A stretch of 63,143 nucleotides of DNA, filler included, from Sphacelaria rigidula (Eukaryota), in the NCBI GenBank assembly GCA_964200075.2. It is 7 parts of 7 records of this genome, joined end to end, with 100 filler letters (N's around TTAATTAATTAA, not from the genome) between each part and the next. Parts side by side here need not be neighbours in the genome. Positions count along the whole stretch, not along the records: positions 18,071 to 27,005 come from CAXNAA020009708.1; positions 27,106 to 36,040 come from CAXNAA020009709.1; positions 36,141 to 45,075 come from CAXNAA020009710.1; 4 more parts are not named here. The stretch is one strand, 5' to 3'. This document shows, piece after piece, positions 24,710 through 37,239 of this stretch (position 1 is its first letter; each line of letters begins with the position of its first letter). Below the pieces are notes generated by a model. It saw only the letters and a program-made list of their open reading frames with translations. It had not been told where the DNA came from and did no database searches. The translations under genes were made by a program, and so were the position numbers.

Positions 24710-26163
24710 CTAATTGCGGCCCCCCCTACCCCCGCCGCCCCCGCCCCCACCGCCATTACCGCGTTCACCAGTGCCGCCCCCGGCGCTCTGGTTGCTGGGG
24801 CGGTTGTTGGTTCCCCCGATTTCCAAGCCGCCGCCACCGGCGTGACCAGTGCCACCGGCGCGACCATTGCCACCGCCGCCGTCTCCCCCGCCGCTAGCTC
24901 GAGGACCGTCGCCCTCGTTGCTGGATCGGCGACTTGCTTTCTTGTTGTGCTCCCATGGGCAGTTCCGGCGACGGCATACTCCTTCCTTCATCTCCACGAA
25001 GCAGCGTCGGTCACGAATTTGGTTATTTCCGGAGCGGGAACGCTTGGTCGGCGACAGTAGGGATGAGGTGCGGATGCGGATGCCCCGAAGTCCCCCGCTA
25101 TCAATAAAGTTGCGCAGGAAAGTCCACTGCGGCGTCACCACCGGAGGTATGTCCTCGATATTTGGAGGCCTTGGGTGCTGCCGCTGGAATGCGACAGCGC
25201 TAGTAAACAGGCTCGAAGACCACTGACCCAGGTCATCATCAACGAGGGACTCCATCATGGCGGTCCAACATCTTGACGGGCCATTTGCGGCAGTGTGCCC
25301 GCAACAGCGTAGCGCCCTCCTCCATGGCTTCGCGAAGAATCTCCAGACAGACGCGCCCGTCGTCCGACTCGATACCCAGGGAGAGGAACGTCGTGATGGC
25401 CTCGATCAGTATCTCCAGGTGCTCGTACAGCGACGTGCTGGTGACGCGTGGGTCGTCGTTCTCCGCCACATACAGCCGAACACGAAAACCACTCATGGAG
25501 TTTAGTTGTTTCATGACGGCGGGGGTAACTTTGACGATCTCATGCAACACCGCTTGCATCTCCGCCGTCTTCAACCCGCTGACGGTCGAACGCTCCCCGA
25601 TCAAACCCCTCAACTTCATCATTGTCGGGTTGTACCGAGCTTTTATGCTTTCTTTCGCACGAGTCTGTTGGACGTGCGAGGTCGACGCGATTGAAACACG
25701 CGGCTGCGTCAAATCGTGGACCCGCAGGCCGTCCTTTGCCAGCGTCAAAATCCTCGTTCTCGCGACGGCGGTCCCCCGGCGTCGCTGGTGGCTCTGCCGC
25801 GGCGCGGTCTGCCTCCAGGGCCTGAAGCTGTTTAACCGTCCCACGGGCCTCATCGCGTTCCACCGCGGCCGCATCGCGCTCGGCTTGCATCTCCTCGAGC
25901 CGCGCCCACAACTCGGCTGGCTCGACTGCCGTGAGCGGACCCTCCCCGCGTAGAGGTGCGGCCGACCGCGCCCTGGGTGGTGCACGCCCCGACCCCGATC
26001 TACCGGGCGCGCGCCGAGTAGTGCGGGCGCCCCCGCGGCCGCGCCCCCGTGGAGTTCCCCCAGTCGACCCCGATCTACCGGATGCGCGCCGTGTAGTATG
26101 GACGCCCCCGCGGCCGCGCTCCCGTGGAGTTCCCTCAGTCGACGACCTCGTCGCCGCGGGCAT
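24710..26163 (-). pseudogene. Gag-like ORF1 of the DIRS/Ngaro element (two frameshifts)
   Basis: ATG at 26163; R/G-rich tandem repeats; coiled coil LWARLEEMQAERDAAAVERDEARGTVKQLQALE; CFVEMKEGVCRRRNCPWEH (C-x8-C-x4-C-x3-H); Gly-rich tail. Confidence 0.7.
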
Positions 26164-26944
26164 CTAATGTAGAGAAACAATAAGGCGGTCATGCGGACAT
26201 GGGCCAATATGGGATAAACAAAAGTTTAGCGACGAATATCAACGAGCGGCGGCCACAGGTATTCGGGTTTCAAACACATGCGAGCATCACGCCGAGATGG
26301 AAACACATCGTCACACTTTCGTGGATAGTTTGGACAGTAGCCCCGCTAACCTTACCCGTAGACAAGCCTCGTACTCCTATCGCAAGCTGGAGACATCAGC
26401 TGACGATATGTGTCACTGTTGTTGTGTGTGTGTTTTTCGCTCGCTGGCGTTTGGATCGATGACTTTTTGCCGATCACGCTATTTCCGTCATGCCTCCCCC
26501 GCGGGAAACATATATATATATATATATATATATAAAACAGAGAACACTTGTGCCGACGGATTCGATATTTGACCGACGATCACACACACGCTCTACATCG
26601 CGGACACACCAAGCGTCCATGATGAAAACGGCAACATCCCTCTACATCGCGGACACACCAAGCGTCCATGATGAAAACGGCAACATCCTATGATGTTGAC
26701 TTAGCGGCGTACGTGAGCTTTTGTATGTCGAAGAAAATTATAATCGACCGTTCCCATAGACAGTCAAAGTTTCGACTGATATTTATTTGGCTGCTTCCCG
26801 AAGTCTTTCGGCACTCTGGATCACGAAGCGTCTTGACCATCCGCTCATTGACCAGAGGGCAACCCCCCGTGGATATCCGTGGCATCGATATACAATCGAA
26901 ACGGCTAGTACACAGGGCACGGGAGGCAGAAAACTTGCTGATAT

Positions 26945-27005
26945 GAGTCATCCTACGATAGGGGGGGGGGGGGATTTAGGGCCATTTCTTGCACGAAATT
27001 CCGAG
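26945..27005 (+). mobile_element. Left end of a GAG..CTC (Sola-like) element
   Basis: ATAT followed by gagtcatcctacgata(g)n. Confidence 0.75.
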
Positions 27006-27105
27006 NNNNNNNNNNNNNNNNNNNNNNNNNNNNNNNNNNNNNNNNNNNNTTAATTAATTAANNNNNNNNNNNNNNNNNNNNNNNNNNNNNNNNNNNNNNN
27101 NNNNN
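27006..27105. other. Artificial contig spacer
   Basis: N44-TTAATTAATTAA-N44. Confidence 0.98.
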
Positions 27106-27563
27106 AATCAAATCGGACACCGTTAAGGGCTCGTATAAACATGATGGACTTTACTTATGGGACAGAGGAAGTATAAGGTGAAAGTGACGGACCTAAATGG
27201 ATACCAAGCGACAGCAATTGCTTGGATATAGAACCCCCCTCCCTCTCCCGGCCGCCGCCGCCAAATTTGGGCTTGTAGAGAATTTCGGGGTGTGCTTCCA
27301 AAAGTGAATGATATACCACCCCTCGACGTACTGGTTGTGTGGTACTGTTGTGTTTTTTCAGGCGTTCGTTGATGGTAATGCGTGACTTATGTACAGTTGA
27401 AGCGATGAAACATGCAGTATAACAATATCCAGACATCGAAGTTGGTATTTTTATACCTGCGGTCTCTCATCTCTGTCTGGCCTCTGACATCTCACTTTTT
27501 TATTTTATTTTATTCGTTATTTTCTTCCTTCCCTTGACGTTTTTTCTGTCCATGTTCTCGAAG

Positions 27564-30500
27564 GCGGCGCCAGCTGCCGGAGACGGAGACAAGGGATTGC
27601 AACTGACATCAAAGACTTCCCGCCTCGGCAAAACTATCGCCTCCCTCAAGGGTGAGCGAGCGAGTCCCTTGTTTCGACAGATGAGCAAAACCAGAACTTT
27701 CTTTTTTTACATCTTCAAGCAGTGATCGAGTATTGAAGTGAACATATTCCCGTGGTTAAAAACCAAAGCCGACAACCGGGGCAAGACCATCCCCCTTATT
27801 TATATTTTACGCCATACCGCAGAGAAATGGAAAAAAATCGTAATCCTTCATAGACCGGGCCTCGAAACGGTACAACGACCTTCTTGGATATCGAAGACGC
27901 TGATAGGCTAATGATTAAAAAACGTCCAGGTACGTTGTGGATAATGACCACTGCTGAATATCTCGAGAATGAGTTACTGTGTTGTGTTGTGTGTGTTGTC
28001 GTCCTATCATTCTGCACGCCGGGCTACACCTTTCGGTGTATGTGGGCGCACCAGCCGGGGTCACACAGGAGGAAGGTCAACACAGGAGTTTTTTCTTTGT
28101 TGTTTGTTTTTAGTACCCCACCTTCCTTCTGCGGTGCTTGCCCTTTGTTTTTTTTATCGCGAGAGGGGTTCAGCACTCTCTTCCCCTCGTCGACCGTTAA
28201 GTCGAATTATGTGTACCCACGACATAGTCGCTTCCCACTCTTGGGCGTTATTTTATAATTATGATTATTATTTCCGCACATTAGTCCGATCTCGCGAACC
28301 CGTGGTGCGAGAAAAAAACCCAGATCTCGTGATTTTATCGAAATTTGAACCCACGACCCAGTCGTCAGAAGGTTCCGAGGCCACCAAGTGAGCCACCGGG
28401 GCGACCGGCTTGTGCGGCGAGTTATCAATCAATCACGAAGGATGGGTATCCCTCTGCACATCTATCTGACTTCCGAAGTTGAAAGTGTAAAGGCGTGAGT
28501 AGGAAGAACAGCATGTTTGGCTGAGTTTGTGAAAGACGACAGTCGAGGCGATGAGGGAGTGCTGATCCAAATCCTCGATACCGAAACGTAAGGCGTGTGC
28601 CGGGGGGAAAGATGGGCTGATTGATTCCTTGAGATTACGAACCCGTCCCAAGAGGAGTTAAAAGTGACAACAGCAGCAGCAGCAGCAGCAGTAACAACAA
28701 CAACAACAAGATGAAAAAGCTCACGGAGGGCACCACTCAACACACCGTGCGAGATATCTTGTTATCTATCCAGGCGAGCGTGAGTACACTATTTCCAAGT
28801 AAACAAAGGTAGAGGTATTTATGTGCGAGGTGGGTTGATTGCCTTGAGACGATGGACTCGTTCTGGGGGAGGCGTTGAGAATAACCAAACAAAAGGGGGA
28901 AGGGGGGAGGGGGGGAGGGGGATACTCATTCGCTGCTTGCCTTGGTCCTTTGACCATTGACCACGCATCCCTTTCGAGACGGAGCATGGGGGAAAGGGGA
29001 AACAAACGTGAGTGGTCGTTCCGGGAGTATTTGTATGAGCCCGGCAACTCCAACCGTCCCGATTTGTGGTTCGACTCGTTTGAATTACCCGGTCAAGACT
29101 GGAAAAGGCGAAACGATTGTCTCAGCGACTGGTTGTAACCGTAGATTATGCGGATGACTCATGCAAGAGTCAAAGGTCCATGGATATTTCGGGCTTCGCC
29201 GTACTCAAAACGTGTCTCGACAATTTGCCGACGTTGACGCTTCTCGACTGCGAAGCCCGAAATACTCTTATCCCCTGTGGGGGATTATTGACGGTTCTAT
29301 GCCCCCTCCTCCCCTCCCCCCCACCTCCCGGAATCTCCAAATGTTTCAGGAAAAAAACAATTCTCCGAAAAATGTGGGAACATATTTTTTTAACCACGCC
29401 AGACGATATATCACATTGGGACCGAAAACAGATTTCTCACAAAGCCTAGCGTCAGAATACTATAACTTTTTGTCGGGAGAAGTCGGAGAATAAAATCAAA
29501 ATCCATATTTTCGCAGAAAGTGAAGAAAACAAAAACTGCGAGAATTTCCCGTTAACCCTTTGGGACCCCATTGACGATTTTGTTTTTGTGAATCGGCATC
29601 ATTTTCAGTCATTTTCAAGTCGATATGATGCCGATTCACACAAACCAAAATCGTCAATGGGGTCCAAAAGGGTTAACAAGGCCCCTGAGTGCGTGCATGC
29701 CCCGTTAACAAGGCGCCCGAGTGCGTGGATGCCAGTGCCAGCGTCTATGACGTGATTTAGATGAGAACATGCACCTGCAACACTGCAGAACATTCGGAAC
29801 GTTTTGGCTGCGGAAGGGTTGATTGACTGACCTGTTTTGGATGGAATGTGGCCTTGAAGTGAGACTCCGAGCAATGAAGTCACTCCCTGGACTGTGCGTT
29901 GTGATGCGCACCGACTTGACGACGTTTTTTTTTTTTACCGGTAGAGGGGATTGACTGCCTGCCGTCTCTGTAGGTGTGTACGGGGCCGACCACGTGTGTT
30001 CTCATGTACGCTCTAAGGAAAAAGGAGACTGCGTGGGGTATGTTGATTGCTTGATCGGTCGATTCATTGATTGATTCAGAGATTGTGGCACATTCATTGA
30101 TCCCCGGGGAATTCCAGCCGTGGTGACAAGACAAACGTACGTACCGAAGGCAAGCAAAAATGGACTCGCTGGAGAAAGCTCGGAGATGGGAAAATTTCGA
30201 GCAAGATACAGTGGAGCACACTGAGGGAGCTATACCAGAAATCAGAGATGAAAACGAACAAGACATCAAAAGAGAAAAAGGAAAGAAAGAGGAGGGAATG
30301 AGAAGGGTTGGTACGCGTGTATTCGCTGGAGAAGGGTGGGGCAGGCGCGTTACCGCTGTATTCGCGCTCTAATACAGGTTTCCGACCGAAAATTCATTCA
30401 CCCGTCAATGCTCACGCCGATTCTTGGAGGTACACTTTGGAAAGTTGCGCACACATTGACTATGCGGCATTTCGAAACTCCTGAATAATGTTTTTTTTTT

Positions 30501-33500
30501 TTTTTCCGATTGTGGGAGATCCCAGGGTCCTGGGGAGTCACATGCCCTTGTCGGACCCCCGAAAACCGGGGGGAAATAACGAACGTAAAACACCATTCAT
30601 CAAGATTTTTGGCATACCCCATTGGGTATGTATTCGATTTTTCAAAGTCTAACTTCAAGAAGCGGGGTAAACATTTGGGCTTTTGTTCGATAACGTGATG
30701 TCGGAAGGTATCAACTCCTGGCTACTTCGTTTTAGTATTAAAACAACTTTTTGGGGTACGTTTGATGTGGAGACGATCCCATTGCATCAGCTCTTTTAGC
30801 CAAGCAACGACTCTTCGTGCGAGTTTTTCTCGGACCATCCCGGACCGCTTGGTTTATTTTTTTGTTATTCTGAGGCATTATCTTGCCGCGGTGGTTCAGT
30901 TGGTAACCTCGGAACCTTCTGACGGTTGAGTCGTGGGTTCGAATCTCGGTGCAGTCACACGACCTGGGATTTTATCTCACACTATACCCAATAGTGGAGA
31001 GCGACTATGTCGTGGGTGGACAAAATTCGACTTCACGGCCGACGAGGAAAAGAGACCGCTGAACCTCTCTCGCGAAAAAAAAATAAGTCAAGCACCGCAG
31101 GAGGAAGCTGGAGAAGTAAAAAAAAAACTTCTTTGTTGATCTTCCTCCTGTGTGACCCCGGCTGATGCGCCCACATATACCGAAAAGTGTAGACTGGTGT
31201 CCAGAATAGATGGGATGATCACACACACACGCACATCCTGTACCAACTTTCGGGGGTCTTCACGTGGGGACCCCCGGAAGCAGGGAGAGAGCGGAGATCA
31301 TTTGAAATATTTTCAACATTACACTTTTTTCCATGTTCAACATCAAGAAGAACCCACAGTGATTGTTTTCACATATTTTCCCGCCAGATTCGCGAGGTGA
31401 TGGCGACTGCAACGATCTGATACATGTGGAGATTGCGTAAAGATTGTGTCTGTAATTTGTATTTTTATATTTCAGAACAATTCAAAGGCCGTTGATCGGA
31501 CAAGGTACGTTTTCGCTCATTTTTCGCCGTCAGCGCCACGAATATGGTCTTCAACAAAGCTACGGCTATGCCACCACCTCCAGCTGTCGGTGGCGGTCAG
31601 TATGATCCCACGCATGCGCCTATTCGGAGGGTATTGCGGGAGGTATGTGCTATAAACAGTGCACATTGCGTCGGAAGCGTGAACCAACCTGTATTGCTTC
31701 TGCAGATGTACTATTTTACGGGCCTACTCTACCGCTACTTCCTTCACGTCCTCGTTTTTTTTCGTGTGTGCACGCAGACAAGCAAAAAATCCATTGATGG
31801 AATGTACCGTGAAGGGGTGTGCACGGAACGCAAGTGCTCCGTTCAGGCTAGTCCAGATACGAAGATACCGTCCCTAGCGAAATACAGTACAATGTTCCAT
31901 CCACTCTTACAGTAGTAGAGTGTGTTCTGCGGAGAGCGCTCTGTGTGGAGAATGACGCTTGGAAAGTTATTGAACGTGCCATTTCTCGTGTTACTATTCG
32001 TTCCGCAGCAACACTCTACATGAATGATGTGGCGGCCTTTTCTCATGTCACGTCATGTTTTTTCCATTGATGTTGCGGAGAGCAATTCGTTCGGGGCAAA
32101 ACATGTGTAGGCGGGTTGATAACGCTTTATTGATTTTTTCTCTTCGCTCGTGTTTTTCTCCCACCACCACCTCCTCCTCTTCCTTTTTCTTTTTTTCTCC
32201 CTCTTTACTTCCTTTCATATTCGCTTCACTGGGAACAGGGGCGTCTTTAACATTTTCCTCCAAGATCCTGGACGACCTCTACTACCAGTTCGAAAGGGGA
32301 GACCGAATAGGTATCGTGGGGGGCAACGGAGTGGGCAAAACCACGTTTCTGAACGTACTTATGGGCAATCAGCCTGTGGACGAAGGCGAGGTGGTCACGG
32401 GGGAGACCGTCAGGTATCGAGCTCACGAATTATTTCAGCTGTCGCTGTTTTTTTGTCGTTGATATTTGTCGCTGGTGTTGTTGCCGGTGGTGGCAGTGTT
32501 GTAAATATGTTTTCCACTTCCGTGCTGGCGTATTCCGCATCCTGTTGCAATCTTGTTTCTGTTTTGTGGAGAGAAGGTTCCTGCAGTTCTTGAGGTTCCA
32601 CGATTGATCGATCGATTGATTGATTGATTGCCAGTGCTTTATGTGACCCCCCAGGAGTCCGACCGTGGTCGCATGATACCCAAAAAAACCAAGACTGAAA
32701 GACTCGCTGAAGAAAAAGGAGCAGAAAAAGAGTCGAACATAGCGACATAGTAGACTAACAATTCCGGTCCCCTATTCAACTTCTACGACGGGTTCCCCTC
32801 AATATATCGGGCAGTATGCTGTGGCTGATCGGGTTTCCAAAAGAGAGTCTGACTCTGGGCCCTGAAAACATGTGTGCGTCACATACTACATCCGCGAAGC
32901 AAGACTCTACAGCTAGAGCATCGACACAGCGCGTGTGCTATGCCACATTCCGATATAGTTGTTCGTCTCTACGAAAATAACGCCCTTCACAGAAACCGGT
33001 AAGGGGCAGGCACGAAAATACCTACCCCCCCTACCCCCCCCTCGCCCACATCCTCTCATTGGAGGCTGTCATACATATGCATATACAATATAATTAATAG
33101 GCTTCGGGCCAGACAACCTAAGTAGGATACAGCGCACCCTTGATGCGACTCGCCAAACACATCACGACGCTTCGCGCTTGGTGATCCATTGCGAGCCCGG
33201 TCCGGCGTAAGCCCGGCATGCTCTATCCCGGCTTTGTAGGGATGCGAGGTCGATAGTATCATGACTACAGCATGCAAAATCATAAGTACACTCTCCTTCC
33301 CCTTCACTCCCCTCAAAAGTGCCTGCACAAGCGAAGTTCAAAACTAGAATATTGGACGCTGGAGTAGCGAAGTGCCGTCAGTCTGTATCCTAACCCGAAC
33401 CCGAATCCGAACCCTAACCCTAAGTTACATTTGATCATGTTCATGTGCTGTTGGTGTTGAATCCAGGTATGGGTACTACGAGCAGGGTGGTCTGCTGGAT

Positions 33501-34369
33501 ATATCTGACGACGTGCGAGTTTTGGAGCTCGTGGAAGACACGGTACGTCGTGCGCTAATTTATGCAGCGCCGAAAGGAGCCCGTCCCCCCAGTTGCCAAC
33601 TCCATGAAATTGTGTTTTTTCGCTCTTCTCACCTACCTGTTCCCTGCTCCCTGCTCGAACCCCACGCATGCCGGCTCAATGCCCTTGTTCCCCTGTACGT
33701 GGTGACTCGGGTTAGTGTATGGTTTGGTTCTCACGGACCGGCCCCTGCTTTCGGTGGAAGTGTCTTTCAAGTGCATGATACTATGAAGCAAAACTAACAT
33801 GAAACGCCGGTGGGCGTCCGACTGTGTCTATCTGCCTGCTTGGCCAAAACGAAAAATCATATGTGGTGCCTTGCGGTGTTATTGTCGATCGTTGCTGTTG
33901 CTGTGGGAATTTCCTATAAACGGCATGAAGTATTATAGTTTATGAAAAAGCAAGGAGAAATCGAAAAAATCGTTCGAGACGAAAATCGGCCGGACTTCGT
34001 CCTTCGAACGAAAGTTCGTTTTTTCTGAGAAGGAACTAGGGGGAGAAAGGACCGTTGCGTCCTGTCCTGTCCTGTCCTGTCCTGTCCTGTCCTGTCCTGT
34101 CCTGTCGTGGAGACCTATCATAGCCATCTCACTAGTGATGCATGGAAGCTTCTTCAAGATGCATACCTCCCATCGAAACACCGTGTGATGAATCAAGTAT
34201 TGGAAAATTTTATACGGAGTAATACAGTAGTCGATTTCCTTTTTTTCTCTACTGTTTTGATGTTGCGGCAGTGTTCGTCCGTGGAGACTCTGGAGACGGA
34301 GGAGCAGGAGGTAGATCCGAAGGCAGCCGCGAGACGCTTATTGAACATGTTCCAGTTTCCCGCTGCGAG
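27564..34369 (+). CDS. Partial ABC-F (Uup-like) ATPase gene, linker plus second nucleotide-binding domain; exons 27564-27651, 32239-32413, 33467-33542, 34272-34369
   Basis: AG/GT-bounded exons splice in frame (phases 1,2,0) to ...LTSKTSRLGKTIASLKGASLTFSSKILDDLYYQFERGDRIGIVGGNGVGKTTFLNVLMG...GETVRYGYYEQGG...AARRLLNMFQFP. Walker A GNGVGKTT and Q-loop GYYEQ are present. Confidence 0.88.
27991..28409 (-). mobile_element. tRNA-derived SINE, full-length copy
   Basis: Head gccggtcgccccggtggctcacttgg (A box) ...gggttcaaat (B box); conserved body ccttcctcctgtgtgaccccggctg; (CA)-rich tail. Confidence 0.85.
29556..29672. mobile_element. 117-bp piggyBac-type MITE (near-perfect hairpin)
   Basis: TTAA|ccctttgggaccccattgacgattttg...caaaatcgtcaatggggtccaaaaggg|TTAA, with ~46-bp arms. 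Confidence 0.93.
30885..31230 (+). mobile_element. tRNA-derived SINE copy
   Basis: A box tggttcagttgg, B box ggttcgaatc, same body, cacacacac tail. Confidence 0.85.
32600..32760 (-). mobile_element. (ATCA)n-tailed retroposon 3' end
   Basis: (gatt)n followed by gaccccccagg...ccgtggtcgcatgat, homologous to 1400-1497 and 49100-49190. Confidence 0.6.
33140..33305 (+). repeat. Dispersed repeat, internal/subterminal segment of the GAG-terminated family
   Basis: ccggcg.aa.cc.gg...gggatgcgaggtc.at...cat.agtacac also occurs at ~9395-9472(-), ~36165-36290 and ~37070-37222, where it abuts the TIR. Confidence 0.7.
34059..34106. repeat. (CCTGT)n microsatellite
   Basis: About 9 perfect units. Confidence 0.95.
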
Positions 34370-34569
34370 GTACTACTTCTCCACCTTTCGACTGCGGGTC
34401 TGAACGCAACGGTCAAGTATGACTGGATGAGCACAGCAGGCCTTGTGTCGGAGTACTGTACAAAACATGGAAATACACTTCACCCTTTTAGTGCGTTGGT
34501 TTCGAGATCCTTACTACAGAAGCATTTGTACACTAAAAAAAGTCAAATGAAAAAATGATCGAATTGTCG

Positions 34570-34722
34570 CACCCCAGGGCGAAAGTGGAGAACTAGAGTA
34601 GAAACGAATAAAAAAGAGAAGAGCAACTCCTGTGTTGGCCTTCCTCCTGTGTGACCCCGGCTGGAGCGCCCACGTATACCGAAGGGTGTAGACCGGTGTC
34701 CAGAATAGATAGGACGACGACA
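34570..34722 (+). mobile_element. 5'-truncated tRNA-SINE copy
   Basis: ctcctgtgttggccttcctcctgtgtgaccccggctg...ccagaatagataggacgacgacac. Confidence 0.8.
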
Positions 34723-36040
34723 CCACCACCACCACCGCCACAACAACAACAACAACAACAATGTCATAGAGTACATACGCATCGGCACTCACGGGGCGGG
34801 GCTGAGTGAAAATGTACTACTTTTCGCGGTCGTAAGGACAACAGCGTTCAGTGGCCTGATGTTGAGTTGAACCAGAATGGCGAATGGAACCGCAGGAGTT
34901 GCCCATGGTTGGCGCCCGTCCCACTGTATGATGATCATTATTCAGGGACCTCTGTGTTATCTATCCACAAGGCGTGAAGGACAGAGGGTTGAACAGTGGC
35001 ATCGATCAGCACACTAAGAACAAGGCATCTTGCGAGCAATCCCTTCTAGACTCTACGCTTTACCGCGAATGCCTCTAGCTGCCGTCGATGAAGCGGTTTT
35101 TCCATACGGAGGACTGCATCTATCTCGGAGTACCGTAACCGTTTCCCCCAAGCAACATTAGTTTGGGTGGTCAAGTCCTCCGTACCACAGTCCTGTGCCC
35201 CAGTTCTTGGCCGTGCTTGTGGCTTGGGACGTGCCCTGTCGGCCTGTCATCACCTCGGCAAGGCACCAATAATCATTCGATGCCCTAGGATTCGTGCAGC
35301 ACACGGACACTTGTGGAGTGCTCAAATTATCGTATTTTGGCTACTGTGCTTGTCTTCGCGCGTGGATGCCTTGTTCCACAATTTACTACATCTGCCGAGC
35401 ATGTCAAAAGAGTTGTTTACATATGCTCTATGTGTTGAGGGTCCTCGTGCGCCCCGACGTGTGCCGTTGGGTGTGGCCCGTTAGTTGGAGCGGCCGACGT
35501 CGATCTTTATGGATCTCGACTGATGTTGTCATGGGGAGAAGTAGTTGCTCACCACACACTAACAGTCGGCACGAGCATTCGTCCGCGAGCAGCACGGTAG
35601 TAGCGAGAACAGCTGAGGGTGCTTCGTTTGCCCCGATCTGCTCCCTGCCCGCGTGGGCACGTCTAGACTTCGAGTATGCACTTCTGCCGCCGTGGTGTAC
35701 TTCATTCTTAGTGTATTTGTTGTTTTCACTTATTCGTCCACTTCATCTCTTCTCTCTTTTTTTCAGGGGCGTATTTTTTTTTTGTGGAATACTTGTGCCT
35801 TTTGCTCTCTTAAAAAATGGTGATTTTTTGCATTGGTCTCGGGCACCTACCTCATCTCTCCCTGGCTCTTCCAACAACAAACGGTGTTCTTACAATCTAA
35901 ATTGTTTCCCTACGTTTTTTTTGCTCTCCCATCTTTTCCCTCTGGCTGTTCTCAAAATCGATATTTTTCGTCATTGCTGTCGTTTTTGTCACCGCCCCCT
36001 CGGAAACCCAAATTCGCCCACACGTCAAATTGGCGATGCA

Positions 36041-36140
36041 NNNNNNNNNNNNNNNNNNNNNNNNNNNNNNNNNNNNNNNNNNNNTTAATTAATTAANNNN
36101 NNNNNNNNNNNNNNNNNNNNNNNNNNNNNNNNNNNNNNNN
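36041..36140. other. Artificial contig spacer
   Basis: N44-TTAATTAATTAA-N44. Confidence 0.98.
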
Positions 36141-37059
36141 CCCCCCCCCCCCCCCCCCTCCCCCATCGATATGAGGTTAATGGTCTTACGACTATGGCAT
36201 TCATGATCATGAGTACACCGCTCCCTCCCTCCCCTATCGCTGGCCTGGGTCCGGCGAAAACCCGGTGTGTTCCGTCCCGGCTTTGCAGAGACGGATCCCC
36301 TGTGGGATTGGCGTCAGTTGGCAACGATGCTGCAAGACTCGCCACTGACTGCGCAAGCTAGGCAACAAGGTACCGTTTTTCTGCGCGCACTTGCGCTTTT
36401 TAGCGGTTACCATGATGCTCGTTCAGCTAGATCATATTGTACGGGGTGGGAGAACCTTGGTTCCGCGCAAAGAGGATGATCAGATGATCATTCTATGTAG
36501 TCTTGAACTAGTGAGACACCCATGAGGTCGGTATAAACCACGGCTGTCTCTGGAAGTGGTGATACCAAAAAATGAAGCAACTCATTAGACCTGCCATCTG
36601 TGCACTTGTGAGGTGTTTGGTATGGCCGTGGCGGGCTTCCTCGCAGTGCGCCGTTTTATAGCGGAGCAATTGTCACGAGAGATCTGGATGGGTTGAGCAG
36701 ACGACGGACCCGAGTGGGGCGCTGCATCGTCGTGTTTTTCATTATCATTCAGATGTCACCCGCTTGTGTACAGCTCTATCTGGCTCTTTTCTCTTTGTAT
36801 CTCAGCCCCAAGCCCCAACTATCGTGCTGACAATATAGAGCCGTGGAGCCGTTCTGGCTCGGCTGAATACTGGCTACAGTACTGGTTCCCGGGCCGTTCT
36901 TTTTAGTACTTTGTAGTGCACCGTACTGGCTCCTACCAGGCTAGTTGACTGTATGCTCGAGAAAGCACGTATGAGATATATGCCCAATACATGATTTGCA
37001 CATCATCCATAGACAAGATAATAAGTACGCTTAGGATCGAACAATCTCAACAGAATGCA

Positions 37060-37239
37060 GCTCACCCTTCATGCGACTCACCGTGCAGATCACGGCGCTT
37101 CGCGCTTGGCGATTGATTGCGAGCCTGGTCCGGCGAAAACCAGGCGAGCTCCGTTCCGGCGTTTTAGGGATGCGAGGTCAATGGTCATACGACTACGGCA
37201 TGCAACATCATGAGTACACCCCCTATCGTAGCATAACTC
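37060..37239 (+). mobile_element. Right end of a GAG..CTC (Sola-like) element
   Basis: Ends ccccctatcgtagcataactc (reverse complement gagttatgctacgataggggg). Confidence 0.75.

Larger units (their letters stand above)
21000..26200 (-). mobile_element. Tyrosine-recombinase retrotransposon (DIRS/Ngaro-type), near complete but disrupted
   Basis: Order ORF1 (coiled coil, CCCH finger), RT/RNase H, overlapping tyrosine recombinase; no integrase or protease. Terminal repeats not resolved. Confidence 0.92.

Noticed and set aside
24502..25953. Long plus-strand ORFs
   Set aside because: Antisense shadows of the GC-rich DIRS ORF1.
30885..30960. tRNA gene (A and B boxes)
   Set aside because: No acceptor-stem pairing is evident, and it is attached to a repeated body found six times; it is a SINE head.
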